A stretch of DNA of 63,902 nucleotides, filler included, from Octopus bimaculoides (taxonomy: Eukaryota), in NCBI RefSeq assembly GCF_001194135.2. It is 7 parts of 7 records of this genome, joined end to end, with 100 filler letters (N's around TTAATTAATTAA, not from the genome) between each part and the next. Parts side by side here need not be neighbours in the genome. Positions count along the whole stretch, not along the records: positions 1 to 9,952 come from NC_068990.1; positions 10,053 to 25,391 come from NC_068986.1; 5 more parts are not named here. One strand, given 5' to 3'. Numbering within the stretch: the stretch's first letter is position 1; the number at the start of each line of letters is the position of its first letter. Positions 1 through 14,211 of the stretch are shown one piece after another. Position numbers and translations under genes: made by a program. The notes under the pieces were generated by a model. It was given only the letters and a program-made list of their open reading frames with translations, made no database searches and was not told the DNA's origin.

Positions 1-68
<68 letters not shown>
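1..68. repeat. (TG)n microsatellite
   Basis: Seen directly in the sequence. Confidence 0.98.
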
Positions 69-76
<8 letters not shown>

Positions 77-638
77 AAGATATGTATATATATATATCGC
101 CAGCCTTAGGCATTGGGCTACACCTGAGCTGAGGTATCGCCTTTAAGTTTTCTTTTTAACTTGTGTCAATCATACCGCTCTTAAATGTAATCATTTTATT
201 GATACCTTTTATCGAATAGCTTGGTCATTACTGGAATATTACTGAAAGATGGCTGACGTGGGGTTCAACAACGACAGGAACAACTGGACACGCACATTCA
301 CACAAACATATTTGAACACATAGGCACACATACAGATATACGCACGCACATACATATATGCGTGCGTATGTACGCATGTGTATAATAATTTCACCACGTC
401 TCCGTCAACTGAAAACAAAAAGGAATTCTCTTAATTGATTTTTGACCCTTATTGGATCTGTTTATATACACAACAAATTCAGTAGATTCAGAGAACTGGA
501 GCTACTAGTTTGCACAACAGCCAAGAGTTCCCTACAAAGTATACTGAGAGTCTTTGCGAAATGTTTATGGTCTCGTAAACAGTAGCTCACGATTTCGAAA
601 TCCTTTGTTGCTTAGATAATATTGAGACAGAAAATAAT

Positions 639-855
639 GATTTCGAATTTTTGCCACAAGGGCAGCTGAGGACGGGGGTGGGATTAAGTCGATTACATCG
701 ACGCTAGTCCGTAGCTGGTACTTATTTAATCGACCTCGAAAGGATGAACGGCAAATTCGACCTCGGCGGAATTCGAACTCAGAACGTAGTGGCAGTCGAA
801 ATACCGCTAAGCATTTCGCCCGGCGTGCTAACGATTCTGCCAGCTCGCCGCCTTA
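639..855 (-). mobile_element. tRNA-derived SINE, family A
   Basis: Reverse complement of GGCGGCGAGCTGGCAGAA(A box)...GAGTTCGAATTCC(B box)...GTCGATGTAATCGAC. Over 10 homologous copies in the window. Confidence 0.85.
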
Positions 856-889
856 TAGAGACAGAAAATAATATCAATTCTTTCTACTA

Positions 890-1048
890 TAGACACAAGG
901 TCTGAAATTTGTGGGAAGGAACTAGTCAGCTACATCAACCCCAGTGTTATTAGTGTCATAGAAAAGGGGAAAAGCGGAATTTGAACTCAAAGCATAGCGA
1001 CTGCTGAAATGCCGCTAAACATTTTGTCCGGCGCGCCAGCTTGCTGCT
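890..1048 (-). mobile_element. SINE family A, decayed, tandem to the previous copy
   Basis: Homology to other family A copies. Confidence 0.65.
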
Positions 1049-1856
1049 ATAAGTAATAATATTAATAATAAAATAAATCACAAGCAAATGGAATAGTACA
1101 CGCGTATTTTTAAATACTCGTGACTCTACCGCGATGCAAATGTTTCAGTTTTAACGCATAAGTTAAAATGAATCAAATCCCTTACTAATCCAACACAGCT
1201 CAGCTCTTAAACCGTTTTGTTTTTTTTATTAATTCAAACAAGATTGAACATGTCTGAGATAATGAGACCAAAATGTTGTCCTTTATAAATACTAATTAGC
1301 ATGATATAATACACTCGCTAGAAAAACAAGAACAAAAGTTTAACATTGCAGACAATTGAGATTTAATTTACTGCTGATTTCATGGTGGTGGTCGTAGTAA
1401 TGGTGGTGGCATTTGTTGTTGTTGTTCTGATAAGACTACACCAGACACATGCATCACAACCATATGTGCGTGACATGGTGATCTCATATCAAGATAAATA
1501 GCGCACGACCTTGCAGGTGGGGGCCTTGCTAGAATTTTCTTCAAATTGAATAGCCTATCCCGCTCAAACAGTCCTTGAATAAGGGATGTTTAAGGATGTT
1601 GAATGAAACACACCACGTTTCCAGAAGTGAATTATCCAAACCCCAAAGAATTCCTCTCAACACATGACTATGATGTTCCCCCACTATTTCTGCTTATGAT
1701 CAGTGATTTACTATCATCAGCCACAAAGGGACATGCTCAACTGGTTAAATTCAAGCAACGGACAAGCAAATCTGTGGTATTGAGCAGAATATTTGCTGTA
1801 GCCCATCTTTTATACCAAGTCAAAAGAATGTACATAGTAACACTTCCAGTCAGTTT

Positions 1857-2800
1857 GTTATTATTATTATTGTTATCATTGCCTTTGCACAGCTTCTAAC
1901 GTTGGAGATGTACTACGGTGTCAGCTGTTCACTACCAGTGAACTAAGGTAACACTTCTTAGTTTTCGAGCACCTTCCGGTGTATTCGAGCGATTCCAAGA
2001 AGTGATGTTTTCTGCAAGTACTCCACCCTTATTGCAGCCCCTATTTGTTCCATGTAATTCTCCAAATTTTTACGTACTGATACCAGGGCTCCGACAATTA
2101 TTGCTACCACTACCACCTTTTTCATCGACCACAACTGCTTTACCTCCAAAGATAACTTGTCATACCTATCGACTTTCCTTTCTTCCTTATCGCATACCTT
2201 GTTGTCAGCTGGGCATGTTATATCTATGATCCAGCATAGTTTACTTTCCTTCTCAATTAAAACTATGTCTGGCTTCCCATTTTCTATCTCATGGGCGCAC
2301 TGAATCGTAAAATCCCACAGGATCTTTGCATTATCATTTTCGATGATGCCTTCAGGTTTGTGGTCGTACGAATTTTTTTCTCTGTCAAGACCACACTTGT
2401 TGCAAAGCGTGCAATGGACAAGCTTTGCTGTATTATCATGGCTTCTCTTATATTCCTTCTGGGCTAGTGGCGTACATTGGCTGGTAATATGCCATACGGT
2501 TTCACCGTTTTGTCCACAGATTCTGCCCTTCTCACTTTCTTATGTGTTGTCTATTCTGTATTTTATGTAGTTTGTTCTTAGTGCTTGCCGTCGGGCAGCA
2601 CAGTTTAGAGCCTCCGTTTCCGGTTTTACATCACTTTTAGTCATCCACAGCCATTTTTTTCTCTGTCTGTCTTATCTTCAACATCCCTATGAAATTATCC
2701 ATGCATTCTTTTCTTTACCCATCTATATTCAGATTCATTCGTTTTCAATTGGTTGTACAGTACTTTATCTTTGCAAACTTTCATCCTACACAAGCCTAAC
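1857..2800 (-). mobile_element. R4/Dong-like non-LTR retrotransposon, 5'-truncated 3' fragment (CCHC knuckle, restriction-like endonuclease, 3'UTR, (AAT)n tail)
   Basis: Minus-strand translation with stops/frameshifts: KPETEALNCAARRQALRTNYIKYRID, ICGQNGETVWHITSQC, KILWDFTIQC, KPDIVLIEK, IIDITCPAD, VAIIVGALVSV, LQKTSLLGIARIHRKVLEN*. Tail at about 1857-1880. Confidence 0.88.
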
Positions 2801-2825
2801 CGTCGTACTTCTAATAATAGCGGTT

Positions 2826-2910
2826 CTTCTTCTTCTTCTTCTTCTTCTTCTTCTTCTTCTTCTTCTTCTTCTTCTTCTTCTTCTTCTTCTTCTTCTTCTT
2901 CTTCTTCTTC
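2826..2910. repeat. (TTC)n microsatellite
   Basis: Seen directly in the sequence. Confidence 0.98.
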
Positions 2911-2977
2911 NNNNNNNNNNTATTATTATTATTGTTATTATTATTAAAGGGTTTTTATTATCATTGTAGTATCTCCG

Positions 2978-3182
2978 AAAGCGGTGAACTAGCAGAATAT
3001 CGTTAGCACGTCGGGAACAATGCTTAGCGGCATTTCGTCCGTCTTCATGTTCTGGGTTGAATTTCCATTTCGACTTAGCGTTTCATCCCTTCAGAGTTGA
3101 TAAAATTAGTACTATTTGGGGTCGATGTAATCGACTATCTACCATCTCAAAATTTCAGACCCTGTGCCTATAGTAGAAAGGA
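2978..3182 (+). mobile_element. SINE family A
   Basis: Homology to family A. Confidence 0.75.
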
Positions 3183-4015
3183 TTATTATAGTACATCCTG
3201 TATTTGGTCTTAACTTACGACTTAGACTCCGTAACACCGTATGCAGGAGTGGAATGCGATTCAATGATGTTTAATGCGATTTATAGTACATACTGCGTAG
3301 GAGCATCAGAAATGTTCAGGGAGTAAAATGTGTTATTTCAATCGATTTAGTTAGGTATTCAATGTTCGGCCGATTTTGTAGTTGTAGTCACCACATCTTC
3401 AGTCAGGACTATGACATGTTGTACACAGACTTTAGGACTTAAAAGATGTAGGGCTTAAAACACTTAGGGACATATGACTTCTGTGTAGAGATTCTTTCGT
3501 CGATTCCAGGCACAGATATCATATACATTTATCTTTGTTCCTGGTTTCATTCTGTGTGGGAAGTATCGCTTGCACTCAAACCTATTGAAAGTTATAGAAT
3601 CCTTTTGAATACCTGCGGGGATGTTGTTTGCAAGGATCATTATCCTACTTCCCAGTGCTATAAAGATAAATAAAATAATCAACCAAAGTGTTTTTGTTTA
3701 TATTAGGTATGTGTTGTATATTTTCTTCAAATATGACAGCAATTTTGTATAAGCTGATTTTAACTCTAAATATTTCAATTGCCTTGTTGAAACAATCTAT
3801 AAGCCGTGGAATTTCAGATTTCGTATGTTTGATTACCGTAGAGACTTTTCTTACTCTCTTGCGATTATTGTAGATAATCTGGTATTAGAGTGAAATCTCT
3901 TGGCGGTAAACCATTTTTTCGCTGTAATTTATATAAATAACATTAAAAGAGTATGTTTCTACAAAGTATGAAGAAATAAACAACAAAATAAATTAAATAT
4001 TATACATACATGTGT

Positions 4016-4067
<52 letters not shown>

Positions 4068-6536
4068 TTGTATATATTCATGTATCCATGTATGCATGTA
4101 TGTATGTATTTATGAATGTGTGTATGCAGACAGACATACGCACGCATATATACTCACACATACACATTTATATTCAAATTGTAAGGATTAATAGTAGCAG
4201 GTGAAATATCCCAATTAAGTTAATGGTAAATTTCCAAACATGGAAAGTCTAAGTGCAGTTAAAGACAGTGTGAGAACGATAGAAAGAGAGAGAGAGGGGG
4301 GGAGACAGACAGACAAACAGACGGATAGGGGCTCAGTATTATTGACATCAAAGTGTTTTATGTGAAAAAGATTACATACATGACAGTGATCCATTGTATA
4401 AATGCTCTACCATAAATAAAACAATAATGGCTGAAACCAAATTATCAAATTATAAAGCAAATATACAACTGGAGAACCTCATTGTTAAAAGAACGCTCTT
4501 AATGGAAGCAGTAAGACAATTTATAATTTAGTAAGAATAGAGTGAAACTTGTCAACACAATTCTTAATAGGTGTAGTTTTATAGTCAACGTTATAGTTAA
4601 AAACTGCTTCATACAGAATATAATAACAATACAAAATACCATCATATTATAATGGTCAAAAATTGATCAGTCGTATTTAAATGGTGCACCACAACGAGAC
4701 TCAGGTAGACCGCAAATTTTTTTATATATTTTGTATTAAGACTTCAGAAAATCCATATTTTAACTGAGCATCTTCAAAAACATATTATTCATAATTTTGT
4801 TATGCAGAAGTGTGATCAACTGTTTCTGGTCTAGGCTCAAGTCCGGCAGTTTTGAGCGGATGAGTTTCGTGAATTACACCGACGACATTACTTGATTTGT
4901 TCTCAATTTTATCGACTTCGAAAGGATAAAAGACAAAATTATTCTCGGCAAGATTTCACCTAAGAAAGGAAAGCCTCTGCTTTCCTTTCTGCAACATGTT
5001 ATTCTGTCAGTTATCTGCCTACTACACATAAGTTGGTTTAATGAAGTAACTTTAGCAGTAGTGTTCTTTTTTCNNNNNNNNNNNNNNNNNNNNNNNNNNN
5101 NNNNNNNNNNNNNNNNNNNNNNNNNNNNNNNNNNNNNNNNNNNNNNNNNNNNNNNNNNNNNNNNNNNNNNNNNNNNNNNNNNNNNNNNNNNNNNNNNNNN
5201 NNNNNNNNNNNNNNNNNNNNNNNNNNNNNNNNNNNNNNNNNNNNNNNNNNNNNNNNNNNNNNNNNNNNNNNNNNNNNNNNGGTTTTGGTGGTAGTGGTGC
5301 TGGTGGGAGAGGTGATCTACGTCAGAAACATCAATATAATAAACGTTCGTCAGCTTAAAGAAGTGCACATGCTTGCTTTGAGAAGAAAAAATAAAATGCC
5401 GTCTCTCCGAAGAGAAAGGTGCGCCTCAAAATTTCACAATATTCTACTCCCACAGTATATAAACTTATCCAAACTAATCATGATCACCATCATTACCAAA
5501 AGTTTTCTCGAATGAAAAAGAAAAGCGTATTGAAGTCTATATGGTAAACGTTAATTACAAAAGAGAGGACCTGTTCCTCGTATATGTTAATCTCAAACGA
5601 TAATCCGTAGCTTCATCGAATGAAACAACGCTACTGTTCTACAATGATCCTTGTTCTACTGACTTCACTAGCTGCCACCAGTCTTAGATTCCAGATAAAC
5701 CAGCATGTTTTTTTTTCTTTTTGTGTCTTAATACACCGTTTCTTTTGCTTCCAATTGTATGTCTCTTACAATATGCTTTCTTTTTTTTGTAATGTTATAG
5801 TTTGTAGGTATGTGCACATTCATTCCACTAATATGCATGTATATAAGTATGTTTGCACATATAGATGTGTGTATGTGTGCGTATGTGTATATCGGAGCAT
5901 ACATTAAAAAAATTTAAGTTACATGCATAAATATATATATGTGTGTGTGAGTGTGTGTGTGTGTATGTAAACTTTATAGATATAGATATATACAAATATA
6001 TGTGTGTGCGCTCACGCGTGTGTGTTTGCGTGTGTATACATCACACGCGCGCACATGTGTTGTTCTATATATGTATATATATATGTGTGTGTGTTTGTGT
6101 GTGTCTGTGTTTGTGTGTGTATGCGTGCGTATGTGTGAGTGTTTATGATTGTGTTTGTGTGAGCATGTGTGTTTGTGCAAGGGTGTATTGTTTGTATTTT
6201 ACTATGCATGATATACACGACATGCCAACAAAATAGATATGTAATTAACACAGGGTTCTTCCAGTTTCACAGCCTCTGGCAAGTGTTGCTAGCCGGCTGG
6301 TACAGCTCCTTCGCCCTTCACTCCTTAGCTCCTTCACCCCTCACTCTTTCCCTTTCACTCTCTCTCTCTTTCTCTCTCTATCCCTCTCTCTCTCGCTCTC
6401 TCTTTTCTGTCTCTTAAATGATATAACCGAGATGATATGCAGGTCCTTAGACAACTGCACCTCTCTGTCTTTCCCTCTCTCTATCCCTATCCCTCTCCCC
6501 TGGCTATTTCCCCCCTCTTAATGTCTCTTACTACTA

Positions 6537-6587
<51 letters not shown>

Positions 6588-7016
6588 GACTTGATGTAAC
6601 TGTCTCCTCTTCCTTTCCCTCTCTCTTCTCACTTTCGCTCCTGTCTCCTTTGAGAAATGACGGCGTAAAGAAGACGTGACGTGATTTTGTCACACTATTT
6701 CTAATTGTCAAATGATGACATACAGCTGATGTGTTGACTGTTTCATTCTATTTCTCTCCTACCTTGCGCTCTTTCTCTCTCTCTCTCTTCTTTCCACATT
6801 ATTACTCTCTCTCTCTCCTCCTTCTCTCTTTAACTTTCTCTTTCTTGCTTGCCCTTTCATACATTTTCCTATATCTCTCTCACAATACTTTCTTCCAAAT
6901 CTATGGATCTATCTCCCACTCTTACACACGCTTCCTTATCTCTCTCCTTCATAGACTCCCCCTCTTTGCATTAATCAAACTCCTCTTTTTCTGCCTCTCT
7001 GTCCCCCTCTTTGTAT

Positions 7017-7176
<160 letters not shown>

Positions 7177-7260
7177 ATAGATAAATGTTAAACTAGACTA
7201 TATATATCACTGCCTGTATTTCTCTTTATCGCCTATATTCGCTCTCTCCCTCTCTCTCGC

Positions 7261-7309
<49 letters not shown>

Positions 7310-8271
7310 ATGTGTGTGTGTGTGAGAGAATGTATATCCATACAGATACACATGCACACACACACACACATGCACACATGCATACACACACATATATATA
7401 TGCATATACCAATTTGTCAAAAGGTGAGCTGAAGTAAGTTGCTGTGCCTCTCCTAATGTAGCTTCCTCTCAGCCTCTCACTCACTTTCACACCTTATGTC
7501 GTTTTACAAATGGTGATTGAGCTTGTATTGCAAATTCTGTTAGTCTTTCACTCACACTCAAATAGTTTCACTCACTTCCAGTTAGAACTGCGATTATGGA
7601 CATGGACGTGTTATAATGGCCTTTACTCAATACTTACTCTCACACTCCCCACCCATTCATTCACTTAGTTTCGTCATAAAAATGGAGTGGACACAAACAT
7701 TGCCATCCTACCTTCTCTCTCTCTTTCTCCTCTCTCTCTGTCTCTGTCTGTCTGTCTTTCTCTCCCTCTCTCTCTCTTCCTCTATCTATCTTTGTACACA
7801 CATTTCTTATCCTCTATCTATCTCTCCCTCTAGCTCTTTCTCCCTTTTCTCAATCTCAAATATCAACCATAGAACGAACAACGGAACAGTGGGATAAAAT
7901 GTTGATCCTTAAGCAACGCCGTAAGCCCGTATATGGTTTTACAACTTGCAAGAAATAGCAGTCAGATCTCTGTCGGCACACAAACCTCACCTTCTTAGCA
8001 AAAAAAACAACATATTCTTTAATGTGGTCCCACGTTTCCTGTTCGTTGAAACAGATATGGGATGGTCCCGATTGGAATGCCTTTGAGGACAGTTTTGTTA
8101 GAGCAGATTACTGTGACTATTTCTCTTGAAAACACGTTTGTAAAGAGTGGTCTCTGTGCAACGGTGTCTAACCTTCTCTCTATCGCCCTGTCTCTCTCCA
8201 TCCCTCTTTCTCACTGTCTTTTCTTTCTCTGTATATCTATCTGACACCTTGTCGATCTTCCTCTCTCTTTC

Positions 8272-8315
<44 letters not shown>

Positions 8316-8471
8316 TTCTCTTTCATTTACTCTGACATCTATCAAAAGATGGTCAGAAAGAAGTGATAGCCGCTGGTCCTTACACAACACCATTCTCACA
8401 TTCCCTTTGCACTGTCTGTTCTCACAAATGGAGCTTTGCGGAGAAACATACAACTTACAACGTACATGTAG

Positions 8472-8505
<34 letters not shown>

Positions 8506-8544
8506 NNNNNNNNNNNNNNNNNNNNNNNNNNNNNNNCACGCACG

Positions 8545-8587
<43 letters not shown>

Positions 8588-8675
8588 ATACACATACACG
8601 ATCTCACAAAGTAATTTCAACGCGAACATAGACTAGACGGCTTCTCTATCTATCTATCCCTCACTCTTTCCTCAG

Positions 8676-8706
<31 letters not shown>

Positions 8707-9298
8707 ATCTATCTCTTTCTCTTTTCACTGTTTGCCCTGCAACCACTTCTAAATGGACATAGCAGTGGAGTGGTGTGAATTCTTGTGTCCGTAAAGTAGG
8801 ACAAACAAACAACAACGGACTGAGCTGGTCTGGGAAGCATTGGGTTGTTTCTAGAGAGTTACGAATCGTGGGAATAAACAGCGAACTTAGACGGAGAGTG
8901 TGATGGGGGTTAGGCAATACCACACCCAAGGACTTTGTTCAGCTGTCAAATGTTATTCAATTTAAGCAGCTGCTGGCAAATGTTTGGACACATTTATAGA
9001 TGAACATTTTTTTTATCAGTGTAATGTAGTAAAGTACAGTGTGTGTGTGTGTGTACGTGTGCATGTTTACTGGGTTTGTGTGCGTTTGTGTTCTTGTGCA
9101 TGTGTGTTACCGTGCGTGTGTGTCCCCGTGTGCACTAGTCTGTATGTGTGTTCGTGTGTACATTCATGAGTGTGTCTTTTGTGTTTGCATGTCAGTTTGA
9201 AATTGTATTCGTGGGTATATGCGCCTTTTGCTTGCGTTTGTAAGTTTGCATGTGCATGTATATGTCTGTGCGCATGCGTGCGTGTGTGTGTATGTGTG

Positions 9299-9337
<39 letters not shown>

Positions 9338-9873
9338 TTGGGAAATCTAAATTGCTTCTGTTTGCATGAATTGCTGTGGACGTCTTTGCTAGTTTTGTAT
9401 GTGTCTGTGCTTGTTTAAATGTGAATGCGCGTTTTTGTGTATAGATGTATGTACGTGAGTATATCTGAGTGTTCGTATATATACATTTGTGTATGTATAC
9501 ATGCGTCTGTGTGTATGTATCTGTGTGCTTATTGGCGTTTTATGTTAGTGTACTTCAACACAGCAACGATTGATTTATCGCCAAATGTAAGGGATCGTTG
9601 TGAGTTCAACTCCAAGGTGTATGGTAAGATACAATGGATTGCAGGACCTTCGACTGCGAAGCGTATACTTATCGTTCAGCAAATTGTGTAAGTTTGTGCG
9701 TGGGTATGTCTAAGCACTTGTGTACGCATATTAGTGTGTGTGTCTGAAGGAAGGAACTAGTAACAGCTAAAACGAATATTTACAAAAATTACTAGAAAAT
9801 GGCATATATATATCTAAATTTATGTGTGAGTGTGTATGTATGTATGTATGTATGTATGTATGTATGCATGTAT

Positions 9874-9952
<79 letters not shown>

Positions 9953-10052
9953 NNNNNNNNNNNNNNNNNNNNNNNNNNNNNNNNNNNNNNNNNNNNTTAA
10001 TTAATTAANNNNNNNNNNNNNNNNNNNNNNNNNNNNNNNNNNNNNNNNNNNN
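9953..10052. other. Artificial scaffold spacer N44-TTAATTAATTAA-N44; identical spacers at 25392-25491, 32783-32882, 53464-53563, 59576-59675 and 62249-62348
   Basis: Exactly 100 bp each time, with a palindromic 12-mer that places TAA in all six frames. Confidence 0.95.
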
Positions 10053-10086
<34 letters not shown>

Positions 10087-10895
10087 ATGGTAGGGAACAG
10101 TTTATAGTTTGTATATTCAGGTGCGTAGCTACCAAGTACAAGATGTTGATAAGCCGAATTCATTCTAGTTTTCTGATTGTTGCCATTTATCTTTACTTAC
10201 ATGTGTTGCTTTCTTCTCAGTAATCTTGAATATTTCAAGGTCATAGAAAGCTCGATTACCTCCTATATTTCTCTCATCAGTATATCGGATTATAAATCTA
10301 CAAGCTACTGAAACAAGAACTCACCAATAAGGTTGAGTAAGACACTAGTTGTCTATTGAGAGGATGCATAGCCTGGTGATTATGTGAGCTTGAGCACTGA
10401 TTTGAAGGCCATGTTCTTTCTTTAGGTAAGCTCCATGACACTCAGCTGTGAAAAATGGTTATTAAGACTAAAACAGAACCCGGTCAGCATCAGGTTAGCA
10501 GGGTAGCGTTAACAAGTCAAATATATTACTATAAATCTTCAAATATGAAGTGGGATACGTCTAGCTGTGTACTGATATATCTGATCTTGCCCACAGAATA
10601 TTTGTTACTTGTTTCAGTTATATGGGGACTTTACAGAAAGTAAAATGACTTTTCAAATTATTGAATTATTTTCTTGTTATTTCAACGTTGCTGTCGCTGC
10701 TGGTATTGTTTTCACTGCGAGCATCTTCATTACAATTTTGTCTTCTACCTTTTCATTATAATCATCATCAACAGCGTCTGCATTTTTCTCTTTTTTATTC
10801 TCCTCATTCTTCGTTTGTTCGTTGTTCATGTTGTCCATGCTATTCTTGTTATTCCTCCTCCTCCCCTCCTCCTCCTCCACCTCCTCCTACTTCGT

Positions 10896-10931
<36 letters not shown>

Positions 10932-11322
10932 ATACTACTAAAGTCACCACCATCACTTCTTCTTCTTCTTCTTCTTACCTCTTTCTTGTTTACTTTCCTT
11001 CTCAGCCTCTCTCTTTCGCTCACTCTTCTATTCTTTCTTTATCAATCACCACCACAATCACTGTCGCCACCGCCTCCGCTGCCCGGCAGCCATTTGCCTT
11101 ATTTTCTTTCCTTTTCCTTCTTTTATTCCATCTTTCTTACATTAAGGAATAAAAAAATATCGTTTGCTTCTTTTTGCTTAAATTATTTGTTTATTTTCCT
11201 CAACTTACTACCAGCAATAAAAAAAATAATAAATGCCAAAAGGTAAATAACATAAGTAAGCATTTGGACATATATTTATTGATATAAACTTCTAAAAATT
11301 CTCTGAACTAAAAAATGAAAAA

Positions 11323-11373
<51 letters not shown>

Positions 11374-12133
11374 GTAAATTAAATAATAAATAAATATAAT
11401 CAAGAACCTATATATAATAAATGATGTTTTAAAAAAAGGGGGAAAATTTAATATTTTCATATCAAAGAAATGTTATTCTACTATTGATATTTCTTTAATA
11501 ATATCTGACATATAGTTTGTCGGTTTGTTTTATTTTAGTATTTCTTTCTTATTTATGTTTTACTTTTTACTTTATTTATCTATTTATTTATTTATTTATT
11601 TATNNNNNNNNNNNNNNNNNNNNNNNNNNNNNNNNNNNNNNNNNNNNNNNNNNNNNNNNNNNNNNNNNNNNNNNNNNNNNNNNNNNNNNNNNNNNNNNNN
11701 NNNNNNNNNNNNNNNNNNNNNNNNNNNNNNNNNNNNNNNNNNNNNNNNNNNNNNNNNNNNNNNNNNNNNNNNNNNNNNNNNNNNNNNNNNNNNNNNNNNN
11801 NNNNNNNNNNNNNNNNNNNNNNNNNNNNNNNNNNNNNNNNNNNNNNNNNNNNNNNNNNNNNNNNNNNNNNNNNNNNNNNNNNNNNNNNNNNNNNNNNNNN
11901 NNNNNNNNNNNNNNNNNNNNNNNNNNNNNNNNNNNNNNNNNNNNNNNNNNNNNNNNNNNNNNNNNNNNNNNNNNNNNNNNNNNNNNNNNNNNNNNNNNNN
12001 NNNNNNNNNNNNNNNNNNNNNNNNNNNNNNNNNNNNNNNNNNNNNNNNNNNNNNNNNNNNNNNNNNNNNNNNNNNNNNNNNNNNNNNNNNNNNNNNNNNN
12101 NNNNNNNNNNNNNNNNNNNNNNNNNNNNNNNNN

Positions 12134-12167
<34 letters not shown>

Positions 12168-12267
12168 GAGGCAGAGCGAGAGACAGGGGGTGAGAGATCG
12201 AGTACTAGAGACGGAGTGTGAGAGTCAAATAAGAGAAACAGTAAGAAAGACTGTGGTATAAACATAG

Positions 12268-12302
<35 letters not shown>

Positions 12303-13743
12303 GAGATGAAGAGAGACAAAGAGATCGACAGAGAGTGATACAGAGGAGACAGGAGATGGGTCGAGTGAAAACCTCATAAGTCTTCATATCACCAAGTCAT
12401 TTTTATATTTTCGTAGTTATTTGAATTATTTGATTTAGGAGCGCATATATTGTTTTTGCGCCCAATGTAGATTGTGATGTACTTACACTCACCAATACAA
12501 GCTAGTGAAGAAACATTTACGTGGCTACTCTTTTTGCTAGAATTAACAGTGAAATTTGCCTCGCATTTCACCCTACTTAAAAGAAAGGACACATTGGAGA
12601 TCGTAGCACCTGATATATATTTAAGTGAGAAAGTCATGGTAGGAACGCTTTTGATCATTGGCCTGTTGAGTGAGAACTGTGGAGGCACTAAAGAAGAACA
12701 ACGAGGTTAAATTGTTGTTATTGTTGCTTTTGTTACTGCAGCTGCTGTTTAGCAACAGGTCAGCTTTGATCAAGTAGACTTATGATGAAAGGCACTCTGG
12801 TCGTGGCCATTCCATATATTACTTACTTGCATGGAAACCAGGACAGCATTATTCAATGCAGTCTTTTCTAGGATCGTGACGTGTAAGGTGAAAGACGTCT
12901 TTTTTATTAAAAAAAATTTTTTTTCTAAAAGACAGACTAAACAAGTAGTGACATTCTCAGTAGCGATAAATAGAGATAACAATTTCCTGAATGTAAATAT
13001 ATACAGTAAATTGTTGTCTTTAACGAGATCACACACAAATGCACTCGCATGCATTTATATGCGCCCATACAGAGATATTCACATAAATATAGCCATCAAA
13101 TCTATTAGGCAATGAATTTTTCACCCCCAAAATATTGCTTAATGTCACATTACTAGAAAGGGTTTGTAGATTTTTCTCTGTTTCTTATCATTATCTTTGT
13201 GATTTAGCTGTTCTAATCGTTTTGTATATTTCCATGGTTGTGTAGACAGTCCTATAATCAATCATTTCACCTGTGATTATCTCGCCTAGCGTATCTATGA
13301 CTACCTTATGCAATGAACCTCTGTTTTTTTTTATATTTGTTCAAGTCAATATAGTGTAATTTAAGAAGGATGCAGAAATCATTAAAAAAAAGCTAAGGAC
13401 AAATTTATTGTGCCGTTTGGAAACAACGATATTAATTAAAGATTAAATATAAATTATTTAATTATTTCAGCAAGTACAGGAGACAAGTCCGAACATATTT
13501 TGGTCTTAATATGACTCCATCAGCAATATTTAGCAAGGACTTATCATCCTTGCTCAATACTTGTTTTCGTCCATCTGTCTTGAGAGTTTTGTGCCACTAG
13601 CATTTTTATTGCGCTTAAGCTCTAGTTCAGCAGTTAAAACTTCGATTAGAAGTGCGGTTAAAGCAGAGGACATAAAACGTTAAATAAAAACAAGTTTGTC
13701 GTGAGGTATATACAATTTTATTCCAAAATTAACATTGCTTTAT

Positions 13744-13936
13744 AAGGCACAAGGCCCGAAATTTTCGGGGAGATGTCCAGTCGATTGAATCGACCCCAGT
13801 ATGCAAATGGTACTTAATTCATCGACCCGAAAGGAAATGTCGACCTCTGCATAATTTGAAATCAGAACGTAAAGACAGAGGAACTACCGTTAAACATTTC
13901 GCTCGGCGTGCTAACGTTTCTGCCAGCTCACCACTT
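13744..13936 (-). mobile_element. SINE family A (left arm of a head-to-head pair)
   Basis: Homology to family A. Confidence 0.8.
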
Positions 13937-13967
13937 TACCGAAAAATTAATATTATCTTAATTATTA

Positions 13968-14211
13968 AGGCGGCGAGTCGGCAGAATCTTTTGTGGCGGA
14001 CAAAATGCTTAGTGGTATTTCTTCCGTCTTCGAGTTCTAAGTTCAAATTCTGCCGAGGTCGACTTTGCCTTTCATCATTCCGAAATCGATATAATAAGTA
14101 TCAGCTGAACACTGAGTTCGATAAAATTAGTATCAGATGAACACTGGGGGTCGATGTAATCGACTTATCCCTCCCCTGAAATTCTTGGCCGTGTATCAAA
14201 ATTTGAAACCA
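13968..14211 (+). mobile_element. SINE family A (right arm of a head-to-head pair, with an internal duplication of about 37 bp)
   Basis: Homology to family A. Confidence 0.8.

Noticed and set aside
1603-1899. 98-aa ORF
   Set aside because: No domain. It ends in the Dong tail microsatellite and probably lies in an interspersed repeat.
12389-12710. ORFs on both strands (99 aa and 78 aa)
   Set aside because: No recognisable motif and no convincing splice pair.
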